Shown in pieces: positions 37,394 through 46,255 of a DNA stretch of 64,000 nucleotides; the stretch's first letter is position 1, and every line of letters starts with the position of its first letter. The DNA comes from a virus. The DNA lies in IMG/VR virus record IMGVR_UViG_3300046323_000673, positions 19,861-83,860 of that record. One strand, given 5' to 3'. The notes under the pieces are model-generated. The model was not told the DNA's origin. It saw nothing but the letters and a program-made list of their open reading frames with translations, and searched no databases. A program made the translations under genes and the position numbers.

Positions 37394-38449
37394 TCACCCA
37401 TTTAAGCACCTATCACAGTGGCGCATTCGTACATCGCCATCCTTCGAAAACAGCTTGATCCCGTGAACCGGACATTCGTCAATCGGAACATGCGCGGAAT
37501 AAGCGAATGCACTCTCATCACGAACAATTAATTGCTCATTGCCCAACCATCCTTGTTTGCGCAGTTCACCGACGATATCAGCAGGCGTCCACCCCGGCGG
37601 CTTCAATCGCTTCCCATCGCTTTCGCGTTTGGGCCCGTCTTTCTTCGCCATGTTTGCGGCGTGGATCGCGCGTGCAATTGGTCGACCATCGACGCCACAT
37701 GCAACCCGCGCCCCTTCGATAACCACGTCGAGATCGCCCAACGCGTCGATGAATTCGGGGAAGTCGACTTTGATTCGTCCATCTTTGATAATCGCAAGAA
37801 TCGAATCTTGGATTGATTCCAATTCCATGCACTCCGCTTCACCGCCGCCATAAATGCCTTGATTTCCAAACACGGAATCAAGCAGCTCGACGAACTCTTC
37901 CGCAATGAGCCGCAATCGAAAGCGCACGGTCGCATCGCTCGGAATGCCAGGCGTATCCCGACGCTCTTGGTCGGGAAGCACAACCGTGAACAGCTCGCGA
38001 ACCTGCGTTGTGCGGTCATTGGCGCGGCATTGTTCAAGCTCTTTGCGCATACGCTGAACATCGAGTGCGATACCATCGCCGCCGTTTTCGGATGCATGCC
38101 CAACGTGCGCAAGTTCGGCTGAAACGTCGCGGATGACTTCGCGGAAACAATCGCGGTACATATCGCGTTCAATACGCATTTCGTCAAGTTGTTTTTGCAA
38201 TAAGCGGATCGAACTATGCTTCTCGATGAACGCAATGCATTCGGGCGGCGCACCATCCTCCGCGCGTTGATGCCACGCGTCGGAAAGCTCCTGCTTAAAG
38301 TCGTGGATCAAGTCATAGTCGTCAGTACCGTCACCATCCCGTTTTGCGATGATGTGGCTGTACGCATCCGAGATCATGGATCGTGCCCACGCATCGAAGA
38401 ATTCGTCGAGTTCATTGGCGTCGTCGTTGGGTGTTTGCTCTTGAGTCAT
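37394..38449 (-). CDS. MazG-like/PRA-PH nucleotide pyrophosphohydrolase domain protein
   Basis: RLRLIAEEFVEL...EFIDALGDLDVV...IHAANMAK...DGKRLKPPGW; AAGGAG RBS. Confidence 0.8.
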   Translation of the reverse strand: MTQEQTPNDDANELDEFFDAWARSMISDAYSHIIAKRDGDGTDDYDLIHDFKQELSDAWHQRAEDGAPPECIAFIEKHSSIRLLQKQLDEMRIERDMYRDCFREVIRDVSAELAHVGHASENGGDGIALDVQRMRKELEQCRANDRTTQVRELFTVVLPDQERRDTPGIPSDATVRFRLRLIAEEFVELLDSVFGNQGIYGGGEAECMELESIQDSILAIIKDGRIKVDFPEFIDALGDLDVVIEGARVACGVDGRPIARAIHAANMAKKDGPKRESDGKRLKPPGWTPADIVGELRKQGWLGNEQLIVRDESAFAYSAHVPIDECPVHGIKLFSKDGDVRMRHCDRCLNG

Positions 38450-38486
38450 CGGGGGGAAGCTCCTTCGTTTGGGTTCATGGCACACA

Positions 38487-38516
38487 AAATCCAATTGGAT
38501 CGATCCAATTGGATTT
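38487..38516. repeat. 30-bp palindrome copy 13 (exact)
   Basis: Divergent junction. Confidence 0.97.
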
Positions 38517-38553
38517 TGTCGGCAGTAGTACGAAAAGAAAACAAACAACATCA

Positions 38554-38623
38554 CTTGACACCCTAGGCATCATGCCCTATATATGGGTTGTCGACGGCGC
38601 GATGAGTGCTGCAACAAGGGAGC
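38554..38623 (+). promoter_or_regulatory. sigma70-type early promoter plus leader, copy A
   Basis: TTGACA-17bp-TATATA, A-rich UP tract; 70-bp block repeated at 39590. Confidence 0.8.
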
Positions 38624-38632
38624 TGGACGAAG

Positions 38633-38836
38633 ATGAACATCGGGGACGTGGTAACCGCAAAGGTTCGATGTGAAGTGGTTGAGCTTGTTGTGTCGTCGGT
38701 GATTCAGGTTTCCGACGCGATGAAGCAAGCCAAGCCCGGTATTGTGTGTACGATCATCGCAGAAGGCAGCCACAAGCGTACGCAGTTGTGCAAGATCGCT
38801 GACGTGTTCTCTGATGGTTGCGTTGCTTGGATGTGA
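38633..38836 (+). CDS. small hypothetical protein (cassette A)
   Basis: AAGGGAG RBS. Confidence 0.6.
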   Translation: MNIGDVVTAKVRCEVVELVVSSVIQVSDAMKQAKPGIVCTIIAEGSHKRTQLCKIADVFSDGCVAWM

Positions 38837-38845
38837 TGAGCCAAT

Positions 38846-38893
38846 CGCATCTTTGATGAACCCCGACGATAGCGCCGGGCTCAGTGCGTTAAG
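38846..38893 (+). repeat. conserved post-ORF hairpin, copy A
   Basis: CGCAT..TGATGAACCCCGACGAT.GCG.CGGG..GTGCGTT shared with 39909-39958. Confidence 0.7.
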
Positions 38894-39189
38894 TGCCTAG
38901 AACATTGTCACAAGACGGCCCCTGGAACGCGTCGACATTCCCGAACCACCAAAGACACGACCGAACCAACCAACGACGCACCTTGCCCGGTTCTATTGCG
39001 AACGAAATACGTTCACGACCGGGCGAGTGTTACGCGTTTGGGCTAGCGGGTCGTGCGGCGTGAGGGGGTAGGGGGTTTTGTTGTTGCCGTTTGGGAGACG
39101 GCTGCGCGTTCGCTTGCCGTCGTGGCGATGGGTTCAAGTACAGCGCGTTCACCACTCGCACTTGGTCCAACAACATCACGTCGCGACGT

Positions 39190-39411
39190 CGTTGCGTGCA
39201 ACGCAACGGAGCACTCCGCTAGGAGTGCTCCTGAGACAATGATCAAGTATGATTACGAAATATAGCGATATATTGCGTAAGATCTAAGTATTTCGATCCC
39301 ATACAAAATAGTACCTTGACACCTTGCCTATGTCACGTCACCCTAGAGGGCGGCGGGAGGGGAAGGTCTGGATCTTACGCGTGCGTGTGTGCGCATGCGC
39401 GTGTACGCGTG
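39190..39411. other. non-coding structured region, candidate origin or packaging signal
   Basis: Tandem hairpins 39190-39231, AT-rich tract ~39240-39320, 36-nt alternating purine/pyrimidine run 39376-39411. Confidence 0.35.
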
Positions 39412-39513
39412 ACGTGCGCGAGGGGCGATCGAATGAGGTGTGGGCGACCTGAGACGTCCACACGTGACGAGTTTGGACCATCGCCGGGACGTGTTTTGCT
39501 ATGTTACCCGATG

Positions 39514-39543
39514 AAATCCAATTGGATCGATCCAATTGGATTT
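39514..39543. repeat. 30-bp palindrome copy 14 (exact)
   Basis: Upstream of promoter copy B. Confidence 0.97.
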
Positions 39544-39589
39544 GCATTTTGGTTGTTGAACGTACCGAAAATAAAAAGATCAAGATCGT

Positions 39590-39659
39590 CTTGACTACCT
39601 AGACAACATGCCCTATATATGGGTTGTCGACGGCGTGATGGGTGCCGAGACAAGGGAGC
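39590..39659 (+). promoter_or_regulatory. sigma70-type early promoter plus leader, copy B
   Basis: TTGACT-17bp-TATATA; close copy of 38554-38623. Confidence 0.8.
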
Positions 39660-39668
39660 AAGACGCGC

Positions 39669-39902
39669 ATGAACACGACGGACGCAAACGGCAAGACCCT
39701 AGATCAAGCTCGTGAATACGCACAGGCCACCGCGAACAAGCTTGGCGCGTCCACGAACGATCGAGTCGTCACGCTGAACCAGCTCTACCATTCGAAGCGT
39801 CGCTGGTCATACGGCGTGCGCTTTGAACTTCCAGGCGATTTGACGACGAAGGTCGTGGACGGCTCGCGCATCGAATCGGTTGAACAGTTTTACCCACAAT
39901 GA
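39669..39902 (+). CDS. small hypothetical protein (cassette B)
   Basis: AAGGGAG RBS. Confidence 0.6.
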   Translation: MNTTDANGKTLDQAREYAQATANKLGASTNDRVVTLNQLYHSKRRWSYGVRFELPGDLTTKVVDGSRIESVEQFYPQ

Positions 39903-39908
39903 GATCCA

Positions 39909-39958
39909 CGCATTCCTGATGAACCCCGACGATGGCGTCGGGGTTTGGTGCGTTGAAG
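39909..39958 (+). repeat. conserved post-ORF hairpin, copy B
   Basis: AACCCCGACG-ATGG-CGTCGGGGTT perfect stem. Confidence 0.7.
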
Positions 39959-39969
39959 GGTAGGAGATC

Positions 39970-40278
39970 ATGAGCATGTGTTGCAGGAATCATCTGTTGT
40001 GTTTGGGCCTTGGCGCGGATTGCGCGCCTCCCATTGAACTTGAAGTGCTTTTCAATGGGGAGCTTTCGCGCACGATTCCCGTGTCGAACACTTCACCCGA
40101 AGCGATTCACGAGGCGCTCGATTCGGCTCCCATGGGCGGGGGTTGGGGCGTGCGTATCAAGAGCACCGCCGATATCCTCGACTTGATTGGTGCATTTCAC
40201 ACAGTGGCAACTGCAAGTGGTTGGGTTTTCGAGTCTCAGTTTGGGATGATGTTTGATTGTGCCGAGGTTTCGCAATGA
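39970..40278 (+). CDS. hypothetical early protein
   Basis: AGGAG RBS; first of an ATGA-coupled run. Confidence 0.65.
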   Translation: MSMCCRNHLLCLGLGADCAPPIELEVLFNGELSRTIPVSNTSPEAIHEALDSAPMGGGWGVRIKSTADILDLIGAFHTVATASGWVFESQFGMMFDCAEVSQ

Positions 40279-40451
40279 CACGGGCGGCACAGGAACTCAC
40301 GAGTATCGTCGACGACTACGAGCGGGAAGCAAACGAGTTCGAACAATGCGCGGCGATGCGTCGCGGTGACATGAAGCTCGAGCGGGAAGCGATGACTTGC
40401 CGCTCGGAAGCACGCAGGGTTCGTCAAGAATTGGAAAGGTTTGGACGATGA
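40275..40451 (+). CDS. small hypothetical protein
   Basis: ATGA overlap, GAGGT RBS. Confidence 0.6.
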   Translation: MTRAAQELTSIVDDYEREANEFEQCAAMRRGDMKLEREAMTCRSEARRVRQELERFGR

Positions 40452-40753
40452 AATCTATTTCAATCAATGGGCGCGTAGTTAGTGCCCGTTCATGTGGTGT
40501 AAATGTATTTTGTCGCGATATTCATGCAAGTGGGATTATTTGTATTTATGAAAATTCAAGCGGTCATCCCCCAGTTGGCGATATGCCAGCACATGTACAT
40601 ACGACAACAACTCGTAAACATGGGCCGATGTATTGGAATTCAGATGAAGGTCCATTGTTTTTTATGAATGAGTTAAGACAACCGATTGACCCACCATTGG
40701 CATGGACTCACGGCTGTTTTGCCGTCTTGAACGATAAAGGCGAATTGATATGA
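40448..40753 (+). CDS. hypothetical Cys/His protein
   Basis: ATGA overlap; AT-richer. Confidence 0.6.
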   Translation: MKSISINGRVVSARSCGVNVFCRDIHASGIICIYENSSGHPPVGDMPAHVHTTTTRKHGPMYWNSDEGPLFFMNELRQPIDPPLAWTHGCFAVLNDKGELI

Positions 40754-41286
40754 AAAACAATCGAGTGATTACATTCCTTCAGCGCAAGGGTGCACGCGAA
40801 ACGTGGGAGTACGAGCGGGTCGTGATCCTGCTGCTTGAACTGGCCTGCTTGGTCGCGGGTGTGCTCGCGTCCCCGTCACGTACCACGATGCTTCTAATGG
40901 CAATCGATTTGCCGCGTTCGCTTTACGCAACCGAACTTGCACGAGCGGTACGGTCAGGAGCGGCAAGGAAGGCCGAACGCGCGAAAGCAATGGGCATCCC
41001 TGAAGTCGAGCTTGCGTGCTCGCGGGATATTGAACGCGCGGCGAAGAATCAGCAGCTCATGACTGCGGCACAACCCGTGGTCGGACTTGCGTTGTCAGTC
41101 GCGGGTTCGGGGCAGGGATTCACGCGAGCGATCATTGTGGGGTTTATCGTGTCGGTGATTCGATGGGCGAGCGTCGAAGTGTATGGAGTTTGGCGCGCGT
41201 GGTATCGGGAACGTGTACCCGTGCAGGTGACAAGACAATCACGTGATTTGACTCATGCGCTCATGATTGGGCAGGTGAAATCATGA
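40750..41286 (+). CDS. putative membrane protein
   Basis: ATGA overlap; hydrophobic segments. Confidence 0.65.
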   Translation: MKNNRVITFLQRKGARETWEYERVVILLLELACLVAGVLASPSRTTMLLMAIDLPRSLYATELARAVRSGAARKAERAKAMGIPEVELACSRDIERAAKNQQLMTAAQPVVGLALSVAGSGQGFTRAIIVGFIVSVIRWASVEVYGVWRAWYRERVPVQVTRQSRDLTHALMIGQVKS

Positions 41287-41963
41287 ATCGCGTATCATTC
41301 CACGGCGACGCATCGTTGCCGCATTACGTGCACGGCGGGCATTTCGAGTACAGCCATGAAGTCAATGGGATCCCAACGTGGGAAAGCGTCAAGGTGCCTC
41401 GTGAGCTTTGGGGTGAAGGATATCCATGGTGCACTGATAAAGATCGCGAGTATTATCGTCAATGGGATCATCGGCAGTTCCTTCCATACGTTCAATTGCG
41501 TCCTGAAGACAAACCATGTGGGCAATCCCGTGGTGAAGGTCAAGGAGCTGGCACTGCGCAAATAACGTACACGGCGAGCCATACAGTTTTCGCGTGCTGG
41601 GATTACACCGGCGATGTTCGCGGCGGGAGCTATTCGATGTTTTGGATCGATGGTCGGCTATCGGCAAACGATATGATCACCGCGATCAATAGAGACTTCC
41701 CGTGCATCTGGGCACGCATTACGGGTGGCAGCGGCGCAATGCATGTTTGGGGCGATGATCCTCCGCCGGTTGCGACTGCCTTGGACGTGGTTGCAGTGGC
41801 GAAAGTAGCGACGTCAAAAGCAGAACCCGCGCCAACGTATGACTTTTCGATTCCTGACGAGCTGTTCGTTAGGGCAGCACCCACGCCCGAACTTGTGCAG
41901 ATCGTCGAAGATGCCACACCTGTTGCCAATGAACAATTGCGAAGTGCGATGGTGAAACCATGA
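41283..41963 (+). CDS. hypothetical protein
   Basis: ATGA overlap, AGGTG RBS. Confidence 0.65.
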   Translation: MNRVSFHGDASLPHYVHGGHFEYSHEVNGIPTWESVKVPRELWGEGYPWCTDKDREYYRQWDHRQFLPYVQLRPEDKPCGQSRGEGQGAGTAQITYTASHTVFACWDYTGDVRGGSYSMFWIDGRLSANDMITAINRDFPCIWARITGGSGAMHVWGDDPPPVATALDVVAVAKVATSKAEPAPTYDFSIPDELFVRAAPTPELVQIVEDATPVANEQLRSAMVKP

Positions 41964-42256
41964 ATTGGAAAGCTGACGAATCCGGTTCGTTTTCTGAACT
42001 GAACATTGACCCGTTCACGTTGCGCGTTGCGTGCGGCGACAATGGGAAGTTTTACGCGGCCGTTTTTCGCAGTACCATCGTTTGCACGATGACGTTCTCA
42101 ATGTACAAGACGGAAGCGAACGCGCAACGTGCCGCGGTGAAGCTGTTCGAGAAATACGTGACCAGTGAATGGCAAGTGCTTCGCGATGCATTCGCGAATT
42201 TGCGTTTGCAAAGTAATGATAAACGAAAGCGAATGCCGAAGTTTGTTCCTTTATGA
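41960..42256 (+). CDS. hypothetical protein
   Basis: ATGA overlap. Confidence 0.6.
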   Translation: MNWKADESGSFSELNIDPFTLRVACGDNGKFYAAVFRSTIVCTMTFSMYKTEANAQRAAVKLFEKYVTSEWQVLRDAFANLRLQSNDKRKRMPKFVPL

Positions 42257-42265
42257 GGTGAAGTC

Positions 42266-42574
42266 ATGAAGCGCAAAATCATGCAAGCGACTGTCATTCG
42301 ATTGGACAAGAATGGTATTCCACCGAGCGTGAAGCCGAACTCGTTTTGGCTCATGAACAAGCAAGAGACGGGTTGGTCAAGCCATGGGTACCCATACCCT
42401 TCAATTGGCAGACTTCTTAATGAATGGGATGTTTTATTAGGTGCATCTGGTAACGATAAGCATGGTGCATTCATTAAAGCGCATCCTATTCCTGACGATC
42501 CGCATGAGCGATACAATCGATTGAAAGAACATCGAAACACTTTGCGAATGCTTGTCGATAATTCAGTTGCATGA
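42266..42574 (+). CDS. hypothetical protein
   Basis: GAGGTG RBS. Confidence 0.6.
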   Translation: MKRKIMQATVIRLDKNGIPPSVKPNSFWLMNKQETGWSSHGYPYPSIGRLLNEWDVLLGASGNDKHGAFIKAHPIPDDPHERYNRLKEHRNTLRMLVDNSVA

Positions 42575-42581
42575 TCCGTAC

Positions 42582-44081
42582 GTGAAGCGGATATCCATTA
42601 CGATCGACAACAGATTGCGTATGCGTGCGAGCGATCTCGATTCCGAGACGCTTACCCACCTGCAACGCGAATTCACCCACCGCAACCCCCAAAAGGCCAA
42701 GCTCGAAAAGCAGACGGAAGGCGCGAAGTACAATCGCGCCAAACCGTTCCTGAAGTTCGCCCTTGCGAAAAGCGCAGCCGCACAACCCGCGACGATTTCG
42801 ACGTGGGCATTGAATGGCGACGAACTCACGTTCCCCCGTGGCGGGCGCGAACGATTGACGTTCATGCTTGAGGATCGCGATTACTTGGTCGACACGATTG
42901 ATCAACGCACGGACGGCACGCTTCCCTGGCCGAACGCGCGCTACACGGGCGAGCTATGGGACTTTCAGCAACGCATGGTTGAGACGGGCATGCAGGTTGA
43001 GGAAGGCATCGCGCGTAGCCCTACAGGCTCGGGAAAGACCGAAGCAATCATCGGGCTTATGTGCGAAGCGAATCTGCCATCACTCGTGATCGTGCATGGG
43101 CACGCATTGCTTGATCAATGGATTCGTCGGGTGCGGCAATCGACGAATATCAATGATATCGGAATCATTGGCGATGGGAAGTTTGACCCGAAGCCGATTA
43201 CAATCGGGATGCAGCAAACGCTTGCTCGCCGAATCGATAAGGTTAGAGGGTTTTTTGGGTTCGTCGCGTGTGACGAGGCGCATCTATTCGCGGCTGATAC
43301 GTTTCTTGAAGTGGTTGATCAATTGCCTTCGCGGTACCGGGTTGGATTCACCGCGGACGAACACCGTAAAGATGGGAAGGAATTCCTGCTCTACGATACG
43401 CTTGGGCCTGTCTTCGCGGAAGTGAAGGAAAAGAAGCTTGTTGATGAAGGGTACATTCTGGACGTCGAAGTTCGCCTTGTGCCCACAGGTTTCGAGCGGC
43501 AATGGTGGACCGATCTTCACCCGCAAGCACGCGGAATGGAAATGCTTCGGCTTATTAACGAAATGGGCGAAGACAACGAACGGAACGCAATCGCTACCCA
43601 AATCGCGTTATGGGCAGCGCGGGAAGGGCACCAAGTGCTTGTGATGGCGCATCACACCGTGCATTGTCGTCGACTGCTTGCCGATATTGCCGCGTCAAAC
43701 CCGCGCGTTGGATTGCTTATCGGCGAAGACAAAGACGCGTACGTGCGAGGTATCGCAGGAATGATGCAGGGTTCCGTTCAGATCGGCGTTGGTACCTACA
43801 AGAAGATGGGTACCGGCATTGATTTGAAGGCATTGTCAAGGGGTGTTGCCGTCACGCCGGTGCACTTGAACAAGTTTTTCCTGAAGCAACTGAAGGGTCG
43901 GTTCTGTCGCACTGCTACCGATAAAGCAGATTCGGCGATCTACGTGCTGTACGACGAATTGATCTTCGGACTCGCGCCAGTGGAAAACTTCAAACGTTGG
44001 GCGTCACGTGTGCTTGTGCGTGATGATGACCAATGGATTGACGCGAAAGAATACTTGAAGCGCGAGAAGGCCGAATCATGA
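42582..44081 (+). CDS. superfamily 2 DEAH-box helicase
   Basis: LWDFQ, SPTGSGKT, DEAH, TA, GTGIDL, QLKGR..R motifs; GTG start 6 bp after CATGAT. Confidence 0.9.
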   Translation: MKRISITIDNRLRMRASDLDSETLTHLQREFTHRNPQKAKLEKQTEGAKYNRAKPFLKFALAKSAAAQPATISTWALNGDELTFPRGGRERLTFMLEDRDYLVDTIDQRTDGTLPWPNARYTGELWDFQQRMVETGMQVEEGIARSPTGSGKTEAIIGLMCEANLPSLVIVHGHALLDQWIRRVRQSTNINDIGIIGDGKFDPKPITIGMQQTLARRIDKVRGFFGFVACDEAHLFAADTFLEVVDQLPSRYRVGFTADEHRKDGKEFLLYDTLGPVFAEVKEKKLVDEGYILDVEVRLVPTGFERQWWTDLHPQARGMEMLRLINEMGEDNERNAIATQIALWAAREGHQVLVMAHHTVHCRRLLADIAASNPRVGLLIGEDKDAYVRGIAGMMQGSVQIGVGTYKKMGTGIDLKALSRGVAVTPVHLNKFFLKQLKGRFCRTATDKADSAIYVLYDELIFGLAPVENFKRWASRVLVRDDDQWIDAKEYLKREKAES

Positions 44082-44620
44082 GAACGATGAAACCGCTTCC
44101 ACCATTGCCGAATCACGTGCTTGCAAAGCAGGGCCTTGGCGCGTGGGTTGAGCAGGTGAATCAAAAGGCGATATCGAAACCGCCCAAAAAGAAAGCGAAG
44201 TACACGCCTCGTTCGGTCAGTGGGTATGAGCAGGCGCGCACGCAAGCCGACGTGTTCGCCAAGTCGGGCACGTGGGGCGATGCCGAACCGCGGCACTTGG
44301 TTGGCCTTTATGCGCTCTTGCATGAGCAAGTCTATGGCGTACCGCCCGAGGAATTGAAAGACGCTTGGAAGACGGCTGTAGGCGCGGCAAAGTACATGCT
44401 CGAAAACGAGTTCGCGGGGGACATGCGCGCTCTTATCGAGTTCGTTCGTTGGGTGTGGAAGAAGGAGCGCCGGCGGGAAGATATGCGCAAGGCGAATCCG
44501 GGTGATGACGGGTTCCGCATCGGTTGGCGATATCAATTCAAAAACAAGACATTGCTCACGGATTACCGCGTTGAATTGGCACGTGCAATTGAGGCAGCAA
44601 CGCCCAAGGGGAAGCGATGA
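44078..44620 (+). CDS. hypothetical replication-module protein
   Basis: ATGA-coupled on both sides between the two helicases. Confidence 0.7.
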   Translation: MRTMKPLPPLPNHVLAKQGLGAWVEQVNQKAISKPPKKKAKYTPRSVSGYEQARTQADVFAKSGTWGDAEPRHLVGLYALLHEQVYGVPPEELKDAWKTAVGAAKYMLENEFAGDMRALIEFVRWVWKKERRREDMRKANPGDDGFRIGWRYQFKNKTLLTDYRVELARAIEAATPKGKR

Positions 44621-46254
44621 GAGCACGAACAGCAGCGGGCAAAGTGGATGCGTCAACATCCGTCGTGTCGTCGACTGATGCGTTCCTTGGGTCGTATTCA
44701 CCCCCGAACTTGCAAGCTACGTCCGGAAATCCAATTGGATCGATCCAATTGGATTCGAAGGGGAAGGCAGCAGCAAGCAAGCCATCACTCAAGGGCGAGA
44801 CGATCAAGATCCCCATGCCCGAACCAGTGGGCGAGATCGTCATCATCGGCGCGGCATTGGTTGACCATGATGCACGTGCGCGCCTCGTGAAGGCATTACC
44901 AAGCGATTCGTTTTACGCGAAAGGGCATTCTGAGATCTGGTCTGTGATTGCCGAGCTTGAACGTAAGGGGCTTGCGTATGACCCATTGACGGTGCAACAA
45001 ATCAGTAATGGGCGGGTTGATACGAGCTACCTTGATTCGATTATCACGCAACGCCCGGTCGTGCCCCCGAATCTCGACTTTCATATTGAATCGTTGAAAT
45101 GGTATCGGACCCGCGTTGAATTCATTAAAGGTCCACTTACTTCGACGCTTGAATTGGTGAAGGATCCAAACGCGGATATCGAAACGATCAAGCGCGCGGT
45201 GGATCAACAAGCCGCCACGTTGAAAAGCTCGGGGACGCATCGGTACTTGCGTGATTCGCAAGTGCTCGTTCGTGAGCAGATGGCGGCGATTCGTGCGCGT
45301 CGTGGGGGCGCGGCTGTGTACCCGTTCGGGATTGATGGGTTTGACGTGTACGGGAAGGACGAAAAGCTCGACGACGGCACCGACATATCGAATACGTGGC
45401 GGGTGATCCCCGGTTGTGCACCGACGAAAACAACGGTTGTCACGGGCGTCTCAGGTTCGGGCAAAACGACAGTGACGGCGAACATTGCCCTTGCCCAAGT
45501 CAATGCAGGGCGTCGTGTGCTTTACGGCGCGTGGGAACAGGGTTCGGGCATGACGCTCGAAATGATGGCGGCGCATTCACTCGGCATATCGAAAAGTCGA
45601 TTGATGACGGGCCACATGACCGATGATGAGGACGTTGCAATCGAGCAAGAAATGGATCGCATTGGCGCGTATGTGAAGTTCTTCGACGTGCCGTTTGGGC
45701 GCAAGCAGGGCGAGCGGGTAATCAACGATCGCACGCTCGATACGATCGCCGAGTATATCATCGCGAGTCGATGCGAGGTTGCGATCTTTGACCTATGGCG
45801 TCGTGCACTTCGTCAATTTGATCCGGATGAAGAAGAAGCAGCGCTTTACCGGCAACAATCGATTGCAGAAGAAACGAAGGTTCATCAGATCCTTATTCAT
45901 CAGCAGCGATTGAAAGACCTTGAGCAGCGCGAGGACAAGCAACCCACACGCGAGGGGTTGAAGGGTTCGGGCGCGTGGGTTGAGATGCCAGATACGATCA
46001 TCGGCGTTCACCGGGAAAGCCTGTTCAAGGCAGTCCCGAGCGATGTCATTCGATTGATTCTGCTCAAACAACGATATGGGGTTTGGCCGCTCGCAGTGGA
46101 TCTCGATTTCAATCCTGATACGGGCTGCATGTTGAATGGAAGAAGCGCGAACTTTGCCGTTCGTGGGGGCACCAAGGAAGGGTTTGACGCGTTCCTCGAC
46201 AAGCCGGTTGAGATGAACCGGCAATCAAATCGACGCGGCGGGCGTAGGTCATAA
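44617..46254 (+). CDS. dnaB: DnaB-like replicative helicase
   Basis: DnaB N-domain-like DSFY..HSEIW; GVSGSGKT; IFDLW; HQ; LKGSGAWVEMPD; KQRYG. Confidence 0.85.
   Translation: MRARTAAGKVDASTSVVSSTDAFLGSYSPPNLQATSGNPIGSIQLDSKGKAAASKPSLKGETIKIPMPEPVGEIVIIGAALVDHDARARLVKALPSDSFYAKGHSEIWSVIAELERKGLAYDPLTVQQISNGRVDTSYLDSIITQRPVVPPNLDFHIESLKWYRTRVEFIKGPLTSTLELVKDPNADIETIKRAVDQQAATLKSSGTHRYLRDSQVLVREQMAAIRARRGGAAVYPFGIDGFDVYGKDEKLDDGTDISNTWRVIPGCAPTKTTVVTGVSGSGKTTVTANIALAQVNAGRRVLYGAWEQGSGMTLEMMAAHSLGISKSRLMTGHMTDDEDVAIEQEMDRIGAYVKFFDVPFGRKQGERVINDRTLDTIAEYIIASRCEVAIFDLWRRALRQFDPDEEEAALYRQQSIAEETKVHQILIHQQRLKDLEQREDKQPTREGLKGSGAWVEMPDTIIGVHRESLFKAVPSDVIRLILLKQRYGVWPLAVDLDFNPDTGCMLNGRSANFAVRGGTKEGFDAFLDKPVEMNRQSNRRGGRRS
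44727..44756. repeat. 30-bp palindrome copy 15 (last base differs), inside the dnaB ORF
   Basis: Reads in frame as NPIGSIQLD. Confidence 0.95.
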
Positions 46255-46255
46255 A

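Larger units (their letters stand above)
33439..37401 (-). pseudogene. hypothetical gene split by the IS (37401-36886 joined to 33537-33439)
   Basis: Removing the IS and one target copy restores a 204-aa frame ...RIATMAIL|GAVLGAAGTIPG...PRRER*. Confidence 0.85.

Noticed and set aside
39909-39958. Hammerhead ribozyme suggested by CTGATGA plus stem
   Set aside because: No GAAA after the stem, and copy A reads TTGATGA
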